Shown here piece by piece: positions 45,801 to 55,797 of a stretch of 64,000 nucleotides of DNA. The stretch comes from Piromyces finnis finn (lineage: Eukaryota > Fungi > Neocallimastigomycota), in the NCBI GenBank assembly GCA_002104945.1, contig MCFH01000089.1, positions 63,316-127,315 of the forward strand, read 5' to 3'. Positions within the stretch are counted from its first letter, which is position 1. The number at the start of each line of letters is the position of its first letter. The notes beneath the pieces were generated by a model. That model made no database searches and was not told the DNA's origin. It saw only the letters and a list, made by a program, of their open reading frames with translations. A program made the translations under genes and the position numbers.

Positions 45801-46185
45801 AAATATTGGATCAGCATTCGTAGGTGTTTGTTACTATACAGCTTTACAACATCAAGTAGAAGAAAAAATGTTTTATCGCATTACAGGAAATGTTAATTCT
45901 ATTAGTAAGCAACCAACCGAAGGAAAAGCTAATAACGGTGGATTAAGAATAGGGGAAATGGAAAAGGATGCATTAGTAGCACATGGTGCCAATGCAATAT
46001 TAAAAGATATGTTTCGAAATAATACAGATATTATGGAAATAAGATATTGTAATATCTGCCATTCAATAAGTACATCAGAAATATGTTGTAATTCCGCAAC
46101 TAAATCTGTAACAATTTCAAATAGTTTCAATATCATGAATTCATATTTAGACTCCATTGGCATACATACAACTCTATATGAATAA
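42853..46185 (+). CDS. rpb2: RNA polymerase second-largest subunit
   Basis: LSHLRR, CPFETPE..VGLVK, NNHVPRLTFQAGM.KQ, GNNQEDS, GDKFASRYAQKG, PDIIVNPHAFPSRMTVG, GGLRIGEME. Confidence 0.95.
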   Translation: MSTSQDMNSTISTPTTTTDYLTKFINKYNVFANIDKLFIKKIYDIKEFLEKTIPELNHLTISIPDVNYKQLMVKKDYYYISLIHGLYEIKIPAPIDGVFIVDGIEKVIISQEIFCTPCFIYKDGCIEYKECNKYGKFQSLEMFTDYKYIKYLKRVLAENDQNLHVKNEHTNFDIYYTFSNEDRLKKLSEVKRHIYLDIRVYFSLFFQYLRVKGIKSHEKQNISLLYILHYLKPELSLHEIKEIIISTVIGKNLPKNIDIIIPNALPEDTFESIISHRKETKEEIIAVINNIIDSYLTPDSLHPVIGNEAENKSNYNNTKFYTYLTMARAFLFNTKEHYNNRIDTFPYSMYRFIKYYTLENKKVPLNKFVKDLNFKLFSNIKTGIVRSYFKDYSAIAVQTLSKRSYYDKLSHLRRVQIPINTESENTELRMSYEYGYFCPFETPESKDVGLVKYFGLSVLVAPDFSIDKTILYSFINHDHININSKDKSEYPVLLNSRFIGFTSIDLVEYVYKNLKLTYPFISCLWDNVAFYLFTDEGRIMRPIKVLKNEFEIGVRFIDISEYKCNTEYNYEEIDPNFVFGLISALSPFPGNNHVPRLTFQAGMTKQCMSNDSTIFQFNDNSRKLVNAQRPFCMTKLESILSRKLCHYQPLNILFDDTNYTLKNLFNLITNIDDENDVEREENEKNKFKENNKNKNNDCLDEIKKYNNFERNIQLNNEEFRNRVDLLTNIDIERDENNPSTTNNNTYHRFGGQNAIVAIMAFGNNQEDSVIFNAKSIEKGLFSNIKYRYQYISYNIKEEILLNINENYENGLPKSNTPIAQDASCCNELLFRKYNFVKNEVIDIENIFRKPVIVDRCTTFIKDDICYCCVEVKHVYKPQQGDKFASRYAQKGVIGSILPEDVLPRTEYGIIPDIIVNPHAFPSRMTVGHLIEMYVGKCMVIDPQKFGTFFDASIESNDIKNFRSTFIKSGIPIMEKMIDPKTGINIGSAFVGVCYYTALQHQVEEKMFYRITGNVNSISKQPTEGKANNGGLRIGEMEKDALVAHGANAILKDMFRNNTDIMEIRYCNICHSISTSEICCNSATKSVTISNSFNIMNSYLDSIGIHTTLYE

Positions 46186-46227
46186 ATATAATTATAACCA
46201 ACTAATTTAACAATTTAATGTTATTTC

Positions 46228-46334
46228 TTTTTTTAAAAAAAATTATACGTTTAATTTTTGGTTTTATAAAATTTTTTTAAAAAAAATTATACGTTTAATT
46301 TTTGGTTTTATAAAATTTTTTTTAAAAAAAAAAA
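46228..46334. repeat. 44-bp tandem duplication giving three TnAn palindromes between the convergent RPB2 and D5 genes
   Basis: Units 46228-46271 and 46272-46315 are identical, followed by T8A11. Confidence 0.9.
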
Positions 46335-46600
46335 GTTATTGAAGCAATTTATTACTATAATTTTTAATAATAGATTTATAAAATTATTGTTAACTAATGT
46401 ATAATAGAATTAGCAACTAAGAAAAATACATATTTGTAAAAATTATATATAAAAATAAAACTATTGTAAATTTAAATTATAAATTTTATTAATATTTATT
46501 ATATTAATACATTATTTTTTAAATTATTAAATGTTATTGAATACAAATGTATAAAACAAAAATAACTATATAATAATATTTTTATAATTATTAATAAATC

Positions 46601-48400
46601 TTAATTTAATATTCTATAACCAATAATAGATTCAATTGAACGATCGGTATCAGTCGTCATTACACTATTTATTCTAATGTTATATTTAGTTAAATCCATG
46701 CGAAAATCTTCTAAACTGTAATTTATAGCTCTAGTAGAAACGTATTGTCTGTACCAATCTTTATATAAGGAATAAAATTCATCAATAGGAATGGCAAAGG
46801 TGTCATTTTTATCAACTATATACTTTTCTAAGAATCGAGCTATATGATCACATCTCATGATAAAGTGCTTTGTGGCATGAATGACACTTTGAGGAATCTC
46901 CAAATTTGTATAGTCCTTTTGATAATTTTGAATCAAAATGTGAATTAATGCCTCAGCATAACTTTGAACATGAGCCCCTTGCCACATTGTGCTGGCATGT
47001 TTGATAGAGGAGTTATTAATGTTTTGGGTGGAAGATAAAATTGAAATGTTCATCTTGTTGACAAAACGTTGAGTGAATGGAATTACTAAGATTCTATCAA
47101 TTAAAGCATTATCTAAATTGGATATAGTTAATTTATCGTTGGTATTGATAATTGGTAATAAATCTACATAAACAGTTTGTAAATCTTTATACAAAGATCT
47201 AGTCTTGATATACCCAACATTTCCTGTAATTGCTTTAGCATCACCGGTGATATTGATGGACCGAGCATCCGGTTCTTCACAAATCGAAATTCTACAGTTA
47301 TTAAGATCCATCATATGAGGACTTGGTTTATCGGCACTGGTGGACTTTCCAAGAAATAGGGATACATTTGGAGTGGCAGCATAATCTCCAAGTGCAAGTC
47401 GTAACATATTAGTAAAAGTAGTTTTGCCGTTACGACCTGATCCAATGAAAAATAGAATGGAACGTAATTTATTACCAAGTGTAAGAGTAGAAGCAATCAC
47501 CTTCAATACATATTTAATTAAATCTTCATCAACAAAAATATCTCTTAGAAATTGATAAACTTCTTCTATTTTGTCTTTATTATCATTATAGTAATTGTAA
47601 TTGGTTGATTTCAAACAAAAGTCGTTAGGACGTCCAGGACGTGGAGCACCAATATCAAAGTCATAAACACAGTCTTCAAATCTTAATACATTACCTTTAT
47701 CAATACGCTTAATAAAATCATGTGTATAAAAGAAGGTTTCAAGTTGTTCCAAATGATTATAGATAATGGTGTGATTGGTAAAGAAACTCATTAATTCATT
47801 AGTGATACCGTCTAAAGATATATTGTATTCAAGACACATATTTTTAAGCTTTCCTGTTAAATATAAATTTATTTCTTTAGCTATATCGTAAGAACTAATT
47901 GATTCCCATCCATTAAGATTATAAAAAAATTTATACCATTCTTTGTCACTATACACAAAATATCCCAAATTTAAAATTATAAATATATTAAATATGGAAT
48001 GATTTGTTAATACTGTTTTACTGTAATATTTTTTTATAGTCATTAATCGGGCAATATTTACAATGCGTAATCCAAATTCATCGATGCAACTATAAATTAT
48101 GTCAATGATATCATTCTTATATTTTTTATTTTTCAAAGCATCATTTCCTTCAATCTTTATGTTATTTAATCGGTCATTAAGAATTCCAATTTCTGTATTT
48201 GTTACTCTATCTTTTTCATTAATTTCATCTTTATTAATTTTTACATTATATGTTTCCAAATAATTAGCAATTAAGGAATATGATTTAGATTTTTTAGTTT
48301 CATCGTGCTTTAGAAGAATAAATAAAAAGTATACAATAGGATGGTATATGTTAATACCGTCACCATTAGTATCTATTTCTTGCGTATTTAATGATACCAT
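46601..48400 (-). CDS. D5-like SF3 helicase (D5_N plus helicase; no AEP primase domain seen)
   Basis: WYKF..GW D5_N motif; FFIGSGRNGKTT Walker A; ISICEEP Walker B; IINTN motif C; DRILVIPF. Confidence 0.9.
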   Translation of the reverse strand: MVSLNTQEIDTNGDGINIYHPIVYFLFILLKHDETKKSKSYSLIANYLETYNVKINKDEINEKDRVTNTEIGILNDRLNNIKIEGNDALKNKKYKNDIIDIIYSCIDEFGLRIVNIARLMTIKKYYSKTVLTNHSIFNIFIILNLGYFVYSDKEWYKFFYNLNGWESISSYDIAKEINLYLTGKLKNMCLEYNISLDGITNELMSFFTNHTIIYNHLEQLETFFYTHDFIKRIDKGNVLRFEDCVYDFDIGAPRPGRPNDFCLKSTNYNYYNDNKDKIEEVYQFLRDIFVDEDLIKYVLKVIASTLTLGNKLRSILFFIGSGRNGKTTFTNMLRLALGDYAATPNVSLFLGKSTSADKPSPHMMDLNNCRISICEEPDARSINITGDAKAITGNVGYIKTRSLYKDLQTVYVDLLPIINTNDKLTISNLDNALIDRILVIPFTQRFVNKMNISILSSTQNINNSSIKHASTMWQGAHVQSYAEALIHILIQNYQKDYTNLEIPQSVIHATKHFIMRCDHIARFLEKYIVDKNDTFAIPIDEFYSLYKDWYRQYVSTRAINYSLEDFRMDLTKYNIRINSVMTTDTDRSIESIIGYRILN

Positions 48401-48897
48401 TAATAAAATTAATATATTTATATTAAAGACTTTGTAAACATAAAATAAAATAAAATATTTTCATTTTAAAAAAAAAATACAATTAAAGTATACCTTGTAT
48501 TGGTATAACTATCATATTATCTTAAACAAATATATTTATTTTTAAAAAAAAAAACCAAATAATTTATTATTATAAAAATTATATATTAAAGAATATAAAT
48601 ATAAATTAAAATTTGATTCGCATAATACACATAATATATTATTATTTTTTCATTTTTTCATATATATGCCTATATTTGTTATTATCTAAATTATATTTAT
48701 ATTATATTTTATTCAAACTTTATTCATATTTTCTTCTCATTTTGTTCCCATTTTGTTGATCCAATAACATTAATGAACTTGATGGATAGATGACGTCATA
48801 ATTAAAAAATGTTTATTAATATATTACTTCTTAATAAATATATTATTTATAAATTAATTTCTTATTATGATAAATGGGAAGTGATATGAAATAATTA

Positions 48898-49482
48898 TTA
48901 ATTAAATCCGTATTTAGTTTTAATTTCATGAGAAAGTATATCTTTACTAATTTCTACATTATCGAGTAGAATCTCAATTATTTCTCTTTTTGAATACTTG
49001 TTTTCTTCAGCATAAGTGATAATGTATTCTTTGTCGTCAATATTTAAAGGAAATACAAAAAAATGGTAATGCTCTGGCAATTTTGGTAGTTTGACATCCT
49101 TTTTAATTTCTTTGTAAGAGATTTCTAATGCTAACTGAATATTAGGAGTGAATATAATTGGTGTGCTGTCAAAAATTTCCTTATTACTAGTACTTTTAAC
49201 TGGTGCTTTGTAACAAAATGTATTGCTTAAGTTACTTGTGATGTGTGGTTTTAATGAATCAACAATGTCTGAAGGGAATTGTTCATTATTTAAATCACCA
49301 ATTAATTTATACATTAATTCTATTGTTTTTGTTAATTTCTTAACAGTAAATGATTTATTTTTTTCATTTATTGAAACTTGATTGCCTATACTATTCAGAA
49401 CAAGATCAATAGCATCAGTAATTACAGTACGTTTTAGTTCATTTAATCTCTTTTGAGATATATTCTTTACAATTTCTGACAT
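48898..49482 (-). CDS. Hypothetical protein (194 aa from the first ATG)
   Basis: Coding-like composition. The track starts at GTG 49488; the ATG is at 49482. Confidence 0.75.
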   Translation of the reverse strand: MSEIVKNISQKRLNELKRTVITDAIDLVLNSIGNQVSINEKNKSFTVKKLTKTIELMYKLIGDLNNEQFPSDIVDSLKPHITSNLSNTFCYKAPVKSTSNKEIFDSTPIIFTPNIQLALEISYKEIKKDVKLPKLPEHYHFFVFPLNIDDKEYIITYAEENKYSKREIIEILLDNVEISKDILSHEIKTKYGFN

Positions 49483-49798
49483 TTCCACAGTTTCAATCTT
49501 TCAGGATTTCTTTGTTAAATAATTATTTATAAAAAAAAACTTTATTTTTTTTTTTTAGTTTATAAATAATAATCATATAAAATAAAAATCATTTGTTATG
49601 AGATATTCATTGGATATTTATTTATTTGTTTGTTTATTTATTTTTATTTATAAATTATTAAATTAAGCAATTAAGTTTTTCTATATAAAAAATATAATTG
49701 TAATGTAAATATATATATAAAGTATTAAAATAAATAAATAAATACATATATTTAAAAAGTTAAATGTCTAGTTAATTAATTAATAATAAATCATAATA

Positions 49799-49808
49799 TA
49801 AAATGATT
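49799..49808 (+). promoter_or_regulatory. TAAAATGATT motif, 43 nt upstream of the 148-aa gene
   Basis: Exact motif in sense orientation. Confidence 0.55.
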
Positions 49809-49851
49809 AAAATAATATATTTTATTTAATAAATAATTATATAAATAAAAA

Positions 49852-50298
49852 ATGAATTCAGATCCTTCTAGAATTACTCATCAATTAAAAGGAAATAGTT
49901 ATAGCTATGACAAAAGTATACTTCAACATATTCACTATAAATTGTTAAGTACTACGACTGGAAAATATAGTAATTTACTATATATTAAGGAATTTATAAA
50001 TTTTTTGATAATACATATATTTCATTGTAATGATTTCAACGGAAATGAAAATCGATTCAGCAAATTAAATATTTCAATGTTATATTTAATTTTTATTATT
50101 AAAAAATATGAATATCCGAATTTTGATTCCAATGATATTGATAACCCGGATTATAGGGGTAAAATTAATGAACTTTTTAGAGATATTATGAGAATGGACA
50201 ATGATCAAAATCATACGGAATATGCTTTTGATATTATTCGTTATTTATATATATATAATTTGATTGTTAATAATAAATATATATATATATCTTTATAA
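49852..50298 (+). CDS. 148-aa hypothetical protein
   Basis: Coding-like ORF; the promoter motif lies 43 nt upstream. Confidence 0.7.
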   Translation: MNSDPSRITHQLKGNSYSYDKSILQHIHYKLLSTTTGKYSNLLYIKEFINFLIIHIFHCNDFNGNENRFSKLNISMLYLIFIIKKYEYPNFDSNDIDNPDYRGKINELFRDIMRMDNDQNHTEYAFDIIRYLYIYNLIVNNKYIYISL

Positions 50299-50383
50299 TT
50301 ATAATTATAATTATAATTGATTTTTTTTATTTTAAACACATATTTTGATAAACCGATAATTATAAAGATTAAGTTTTCCTATT

Positions 50384-53300
50384 ATGTTATTAACTTGTTT
50401 CATTTACAATTGGGAATTGTTTATAAATGATGATTCACCTATTATTATTGGATTTGGATATAATGAAAATGATAATAAAATAGCAATTGTTATTAAAGAT
50501 TATCCTTTATTTAAATATACCGAATCTATAAATAAAAATTTCAATTATATAAATAATAAAAAAGAAGTTTTACAAAAAAAATTATTGCGCCATTACCTGG
50601 ATGGAAAAAAGAATATTTATAAAATATATTTTAAAAAATATTCCGAATATTCTTCATTTCAATCGACATTATTTAATGTTGATATAGTATCATCATTTCT
50701 TTCTACTCAGAATTTAGATACCATTGGCTGGATTTATTCAGATAAATATCAAAAGAACGAATTGAATCATTATACAACTTTTAGTAATGAATATATCATC
50801 AGCCATACAAATATTCATTCAAAAAATATCGATAATTATCCAGAACCATCGATATTGTCGTTTGATATTGAATGTATGTCTCATGATTTTGAATCCTTTC
50901 CAAATTGTTATTTATATAATGATTTTATATCTACTATTAGTATTGTGTATCATTATAAAGATATTCAAAGAAATATTGCTATTTGTGTAAAGTATAAAGA
51001 TGAAAATAATATTGTGAATTGCCTACCATTAAATGAGATAGATCCTTCATTCCTACCATTTATTGATGAAAAAAAATTTAATAATTCATGTAAGCATTTT
51101 ACATTTTTTGATGAAAGTAACAATAACGAAAATAACAATAATTTAATAACTAATAAAGACAAGGATAATCTATATTCTAATAAATTAGATAAATCAGTTA
51201 ATAAGGAAAATAATAATCTAGTAGGTGCTAAAGAAAGCAATAAAGTAAACGATAATATAAATAGTATAAATAATAATATAAATAATGTAAATGAAGTAAA
51301 TAATTATTATAAACTAGTTCAGACTAACTTTGTTGACAAAACAGATAACTACGATAAATCAATTCCTACATGCGTTAATAAACAAGACCTAACCCTTTAT
51401 AATAATAATACTTGTAGTAATAACAGTAATAATAATGATGACCTAAATATAATATGCAGTGGTATAAATAATAAAACAGAAATAGAGAATCGATATTATA
51501 GGTTAAAAAAACTTTTAAATAGAAATTATACATTTAATTCTAGTACTAAAGATAGATTTAATAGATTAAAATGTATGATAAATAATAGTTTAGGAAATGA
51601 AAAATTAATTAAAGATTCTCTAAATAGAATAAAAGTAGCAACAGAAAAAGAAGAAGAAAATACGTTTGAGCCAATAGAAGAATTTATTACGAAACATGAA
51701 CAGTCGAAAAAAGATAAGCTTTTAAAAACTGATATTTTAAATGATAAATATGATGTAATTTATGTAGAATCAGAATATGATTTAATATGCGAGTTTTTTA
51801 GTCAGATTCGGAAATTGGATCCGGACATTATAATTGGATATAATACTTTTGGATTTGATTATAAATATTTGGCACAGAGGGCTGGTATGCATACAATTAT
51901 TGATCAGAAGGATTCACCTTTTAAGGCCAATAGAATCTTTAATATGCCGACAAAATTCATAAATACATCTAATAATGAGGTTGAACTTAAGATTCCGGGT
52001 AGAATTGCAATCGATATTTTCAAATATGCAAAATCATTAAATATGCCATCGGCTAGTTTAAATTATGTTTCTGAACAACTATTAAATAAACATAAAATTG
52101 ATTTACCCTATAAAGATATGTTTTACTTAATTCATGAAAATACGGATGACTCATTGAATAAAGTGGCAATGTATTGTATTATGGATTCCATCCTAACTCT
52201 GGAAATATTTAATATTTCATATCAATGGATTCAACTCTTGGAAATCGCTAAAACTTCAAGAATTCGTATCGATGAAGTCTATAAAAATGGACAAAGTAAA
52301 AAATTTGCAAATTTATTATATAAATATTGTTATGATAATAACATATGTATAGATATTGATAATTCGGATATTACTAGTTATAAAGGTGCTACGGTTATTG
52401 AACCATTATCCGGTGTATACAATCACTGTACTATGCTAGATTTCACAAGTTTGTATCCAAGTGTCATCATTACACATAATATATGCTATACAACATTGAT
52501 TAGCAGAGCTGATATTGGAAACCATTCTGAGGATTCATACCATATAATTGATATAGGGAATAAAATATATTATTTTACCAAACATCACATTGGAATCTTA
52601 CCACGTATGATGAAATTGTTACTTTCAGAGAGAATTCGATATAAAAATATGATGAAAAAGGCATCCGGATCCGATTACATTATATATGATAAACGACAAT
52701 ATGCCTTAAAGATACAAGCTAATTCTATTTATGGGTGTCTTGGATCAAGTTCACTAAAATATCTAAGATTTCTACCAGGAGCTGAATGTACCACAGGAAT
52801 GGGAAGAAATTACTTGAATAAAACGATTGATTTAATTTGTCAAAATACTAAATTTAAAGTAATTTATGGTGATACAGATTCATGTCTTATAGAATATAAT
52901 AAAGAATATTGGAATAATATGAACAATATAGAAAGGGGAAATCATGATTGCAAAAACGATCAAAACACTTTAAATTATAAAATAACAAATGAAAGTAATA
53001 CTAATTATGAATCTACTAAAAATTTTGATGTGAATAAATTTATTGAAGACAGTATATCAGTAGCAGAATATGTTACAAATCAGCTACCAGAAGGAATGCA
53101 TTTAAAATATGAAAATACATTTAAAAGAATGCTAATTATGTCCAAAAAAAAGTATTGTGGTGTTTTGGCAAATACATCGAATTTGTATATTAAAGGAATA
53201 GATATTATTAAAAAAAATACATGTATTTTTATTAGAGATTACTATAAGATATTTTTGTATATGATTCTTTTTGATTATCCAGAAAAACTGATATGTCATA

Positions 53301-53698
53301 AGGTATTAGAAATGAAAAATAAATTGCTTTCTGGTGATGTACCTTTAGAAAAGTTAATTATGAAATTATCTATTGGACCAAAATATGTTAATAAATCCTA
53401 TTATGTTTTATTATTTGTTAATAATCATAAAATGTATAATTTAGATTATAAAATCGGTGAAAAAATCGAATATATTATTATTGATACAAATTCATTTTCA
53501 TTTAATAAAAGTTCAAATTTATTAGGAGATAAAATGATGTCTTTAGATTTGTATAAGAACATATGTGAAAAAGCTACTAAAAATAAAGACATAATTAAAC
53601 CTAAATTAGATTATCAATATTATTATTATCATTATGTAGAAACAGGATTTAAAAGTTTATTAAAAGTTTTAAATACTAATATTAGTGATTTATTATAA
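50384..53698 (+). CDS. polB: Family B DNA polymerase (RNA/DNA-primed type, proofreading)
   Basis: FDIEC (ExoI), GYNTFGFD (ExoII), YCIMD (ExoIII), DFTSLYPS, KIQANSIYG, YGDTDS, KKKY. All motifs are intact. Confidence 0.96.
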   Translation: MLLTCFIYNWELFINDDSPIIIGFGYNENDNKIAIVIKDYPLFKYTESINKNFNYINNKKEVLQKKLLRHYLDGKKNIYKIYFKKYSEYSSFQSTLFNVDIVSSFLSTQNLDTIGWIYSDKYQKNELNHYTTFSNEYIISHTNIHSKNIDNYPEPSILSFDIECMSHDFESFPNCYLYNDFISTISIVYHYKDIQRNIAICVKYKDENNIVNCLPLNEIDPSFLPFIDEKKFNNSCKHFTFFDESNNNENNNNLITNKDKDNLYSNKLDKSVNKENNNLVGAKESNKVNDNINSINNNINNVNEVNNYYKLVQTNFVDKTDNYDKSIPTCVNKQDLTLYNNNTCSNNSNNNDDLNIICSGINNKTEIENRYYRLKKLLNRNYTFNSSTKDRFNRLKCMINNSLGNEKLIKDSLNRIKVATEKEEENTFEPIEEFITKHEQSKKDKLLKTDILNDKYDVIYVESEYDLICEFFSQIRKLDPDIIIGYNTFGFDYKYLAQRAGMHTIIDQKDSPFKANRIFNMPTKFINTSNNEVELKIPGRIAIDIFKYAKSLNMPSASLNYVSEQLLNKHKIDLPYKDMFYLIHENTDDSLNKVAMYCIMDSILTLEIFNISYQWIQLLEIAKTSRIRIDEVYKNGQSKKFANLLYKYCYDNNICIDIDNSDITSYKGATVIEPLSGVYNHCTMLDFTSLYPSVIITHNICYTTLISRADIGNHSEDSYHIIDIGNKIYYFTKHHIGILPRMMKLLLSERIRYKNMMKKASGSDYIIYDKRQYALKIQANSIYGCLGSSSLKYLRFLPGAECTTGMGRNYLNKTIDLICQNTKFKVIYGDTDSCLIEYNKEYWNNMNNIERGNHDCKNDQNTLNYKITNESNTNYESTKNFDVNKFIEDSISVAEYVTNQLPEGMHLKYENTFKRMLIMSKKKYCGVLANTSNLYIKGIDIIKKNTCIFIRDYYKIFLYMILFDYPEKLICHKVLEMKNKLLSGDVPLEKLIMKLSIGPKYVNKSYYVLLFVNNHKMYNLDYKIGEKIEYIIIDTNSFSFNKSSNLLGDKMMSLDLYKNICEKATKNKDIIKPKLDYQYYYYHYVETGFKSLLKVLNTNISDLL

Positions 53699-54100
53699 TA
53701 ATAATAATAAAAAAATTTTAAAAAAAAATACGTATATTTTTTTATTTTATAGTTAAATATTTATTTATCTAAAAAAGGATGAGTTTTACAAAATATTTAA
53801 ATATTTTTTTTAAAAAAAAATATAAAGAAGAAAAAAAAATTATAATATTTTATTGTATATAAAATGCGATTATATATCGGTTACAAAAAAATATAATTAG
53901 AAATAAAATAATATCTTACTTTTTGAAAAATTAAAAGAAAATTAACAAAAACAATTTAAAATATAATAAGAATTTTAAGTGAATTTAGTAAAAGATTTTA
54001 TTATATAATTTTAGTAAAAAGAAATAATAAATTTATATTTATTTAATAAATTTTAAATGAATTTGATTTAATAATAACTTAATATTTAAATTAATTTATA

Positions 54101-55708
54101 TTAATCTATTTTATCATTTTCTATAATATCTTCATTATCGGTTTTGAAACTGTCATTGTAAATTCCGGTAATTAATTTTGAAGATATGGATGTTAATTTA
54201 TCTTTGACACCATAAAATACATCTTGAATCACACTATAAGGATCCTCAAAAGATAATTGAGAAATGAAAGAGTATTTACTATTTTTCATTCCAAAACGCG
54301 ACATTGGCAAAACTTCATTATTACGACACATAAAATTAGTTAATAATTCTATATGTTGATTGTTATAAGAAGAAGAACTATCACCATTTACAATTCTTTG
54401 TAACTGCATTAAAATATTTTTCTTACGTAATTTAAAATCAATTTTCATTGAATTACCATATACAATGTAACTAGATCTTTTCACATCAATATAATTATTT
54501 TTAAATAGTGGATTCAAGTTTAATCCTGTAACCTCCATGTATATTTCATCACCCATAACTTTTTGTAAAACTTTTACTACACCTTTAGTTCCCGATAATA
54601 CAGTATTTTCTAATATTTCAGTAATATCATCTACATTCAAATTAATATATCCACTATCAAGCATATAATAATTATCATTTTCTTCAAATTTTAAATTATT
54701 TTTTTCAAAATAATCTGTTATAAAATTATTATCTGTTTTGATTTTGTATATAGATTTACCATAATCAGTATCATCATTATCATCATTTTCATTAATATTA
54801 TTAATATTATTAAAATTATTAACAAAATTTTCATTTTCATTTTCATTTTCATTTTCATTTTCATTTTCATTTTCATTTTCATTTTCATTTTCATTTTCAT
54901 TTTCATTTTCATTTTTAATATCAATATTATTAATATTACTATCATAATCATCATATTCATTTTCATTTAAACTCTTGTTTGGTTTAAAAACACATAACAT
55001 ATCTACATCTACTAAATATTCCATATGATGATCATCTAACCAATCAAGAAGCTTTGAAGAAGGTTGTGAAAATTGAATATAAAGATCAGCGAAATTTATA
55101 GATGATTCCCATGAATCTAATATATTGTTTGTTTCATTTAAATATTTTTTTAAGTAATCAAAAATGGTTTGTGGATGGAATCTAAAATTAAATATAGTAT
55201 GGCGACATAAATAAAAACGAAGGGTGAAACCATCATACACAACATCCAAAACTACGTCATTTAAAGTCATATATTTCATACTATTTAGCATTAACTTTTT
55301 TAATAAACCATCATAATCCTTTGATTTGAAATAGAATTCAGCCACACTATAATCCATTTTATTATGTGTAATATTATATAATTCTTTTAATCCATTGCTA
55401 TTATCATTTTCACCAGTTAAATTATGAAAGTAACTTAATGCTGATTGTGTAACCGGTTCACCAATAGATTGAGCTGCCAAAATGCCAACATGAGTATTTT
55501 CTTTTACCATACGAAATTTAATTTTATCGACAATATATTTGACAAATTTATCACGATCAATTTCTTCTGATTTAAGTTTTTTCTTTAAAAACGTTCTAAC
55601 CTTAGTATTAACTTGTTCAATATATGATGTTAATTTCTCATTTTCTTCAAAATATTTTGCTATTTTATTACAAATATAAGCAATGTCACTATCAGGGAAA
55701 TATTCCAT
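54101..55708 (-). CDS. rpb1: RNA polymerase largest subunit, C-terminal half, variant B
   Basis: VGILAAQSIGEPVTQSALSYFH; homolog of 264-1796. Confidence 0.9.
   Translation of the reverse strand: MEYFPDSDIAYICNKIAKYFEENEKLTSYIEQVNTKVRTFLKKKLKSEEIDRDKFVKYIVDKIKFRMVKENTHVGILAAQSIGEPVTQSALSYFHNLTGENDNSNGLKELYNITHNKMDYSVAEFYFKSKDYDGLLKKLMLNSMKYMTLNDVVLDVVYDGFTLRFYLCRHTIFNFRFHPQTIFDYLKKYLNETNNILDSWESSINFADLYIQFSQPSSKLLDWLDDHHMEYLVDVDMLCVFKPNKSLNENEYDDYDSNINNIDIKNENENENENENENENENENENENENENENFVNNFNNINNINENDDNDDTDYGKSIYKIKTDNNFITDYFEKNNLKFEENDNYYMLDSGYINLNVDDITEILENTVLSGTKGVVKVLQKVMGDEIYMEVTGLNLNPLFKNNYIDVKRSSYIVYGNSMKIDFKLRKKNILMQLQRIVNGDSSSSYNNQHIELLTNFMCRNNEVLPMSRFGMKNSKYSFISQLSFEDPYSVIQDVFYGVKDKLTSISSKLITGIYNDSFKTDNEDIIENDKID
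54827..54910. repeat. (ATTTTC)14 coding microsatellite encoding (EN)14
   Basis: Directly visible inside variant-B RPB1C. Confidence 0.93.
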
Positions 55709-55797
55709 ATTAAAATCAAGTTATAATGTGTTTTTATTTAGGTGAATGAAAAAGTATTTAATTTATAATAAATTAATTAATAATTAAATTGGTAATT

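Noticed and set aside
48730-48880. GC-enriched island with a TGACGTCA (CRE-like) palindrome at 48791
   Set aside because: Single 8-mer with no supporting ORF in any frame; may be a gene remnant, but it is unsupported.
51010-51750. Intein in polB or RPB2
   Set aside because: The insertions are Asn-rich low complexity with no HINT block or terminal HN-C/S/T junction.
50384-53698. Protein-primed polB of pGKL/Polinton type
   Set aside because: Motifs (DFTSLYPS, KIQANSIYG, YGDTDS) and co-occurrence with D5 fit the RNA/DNA-primed NCLDV type; no terminal-protein region or TIRs seen.
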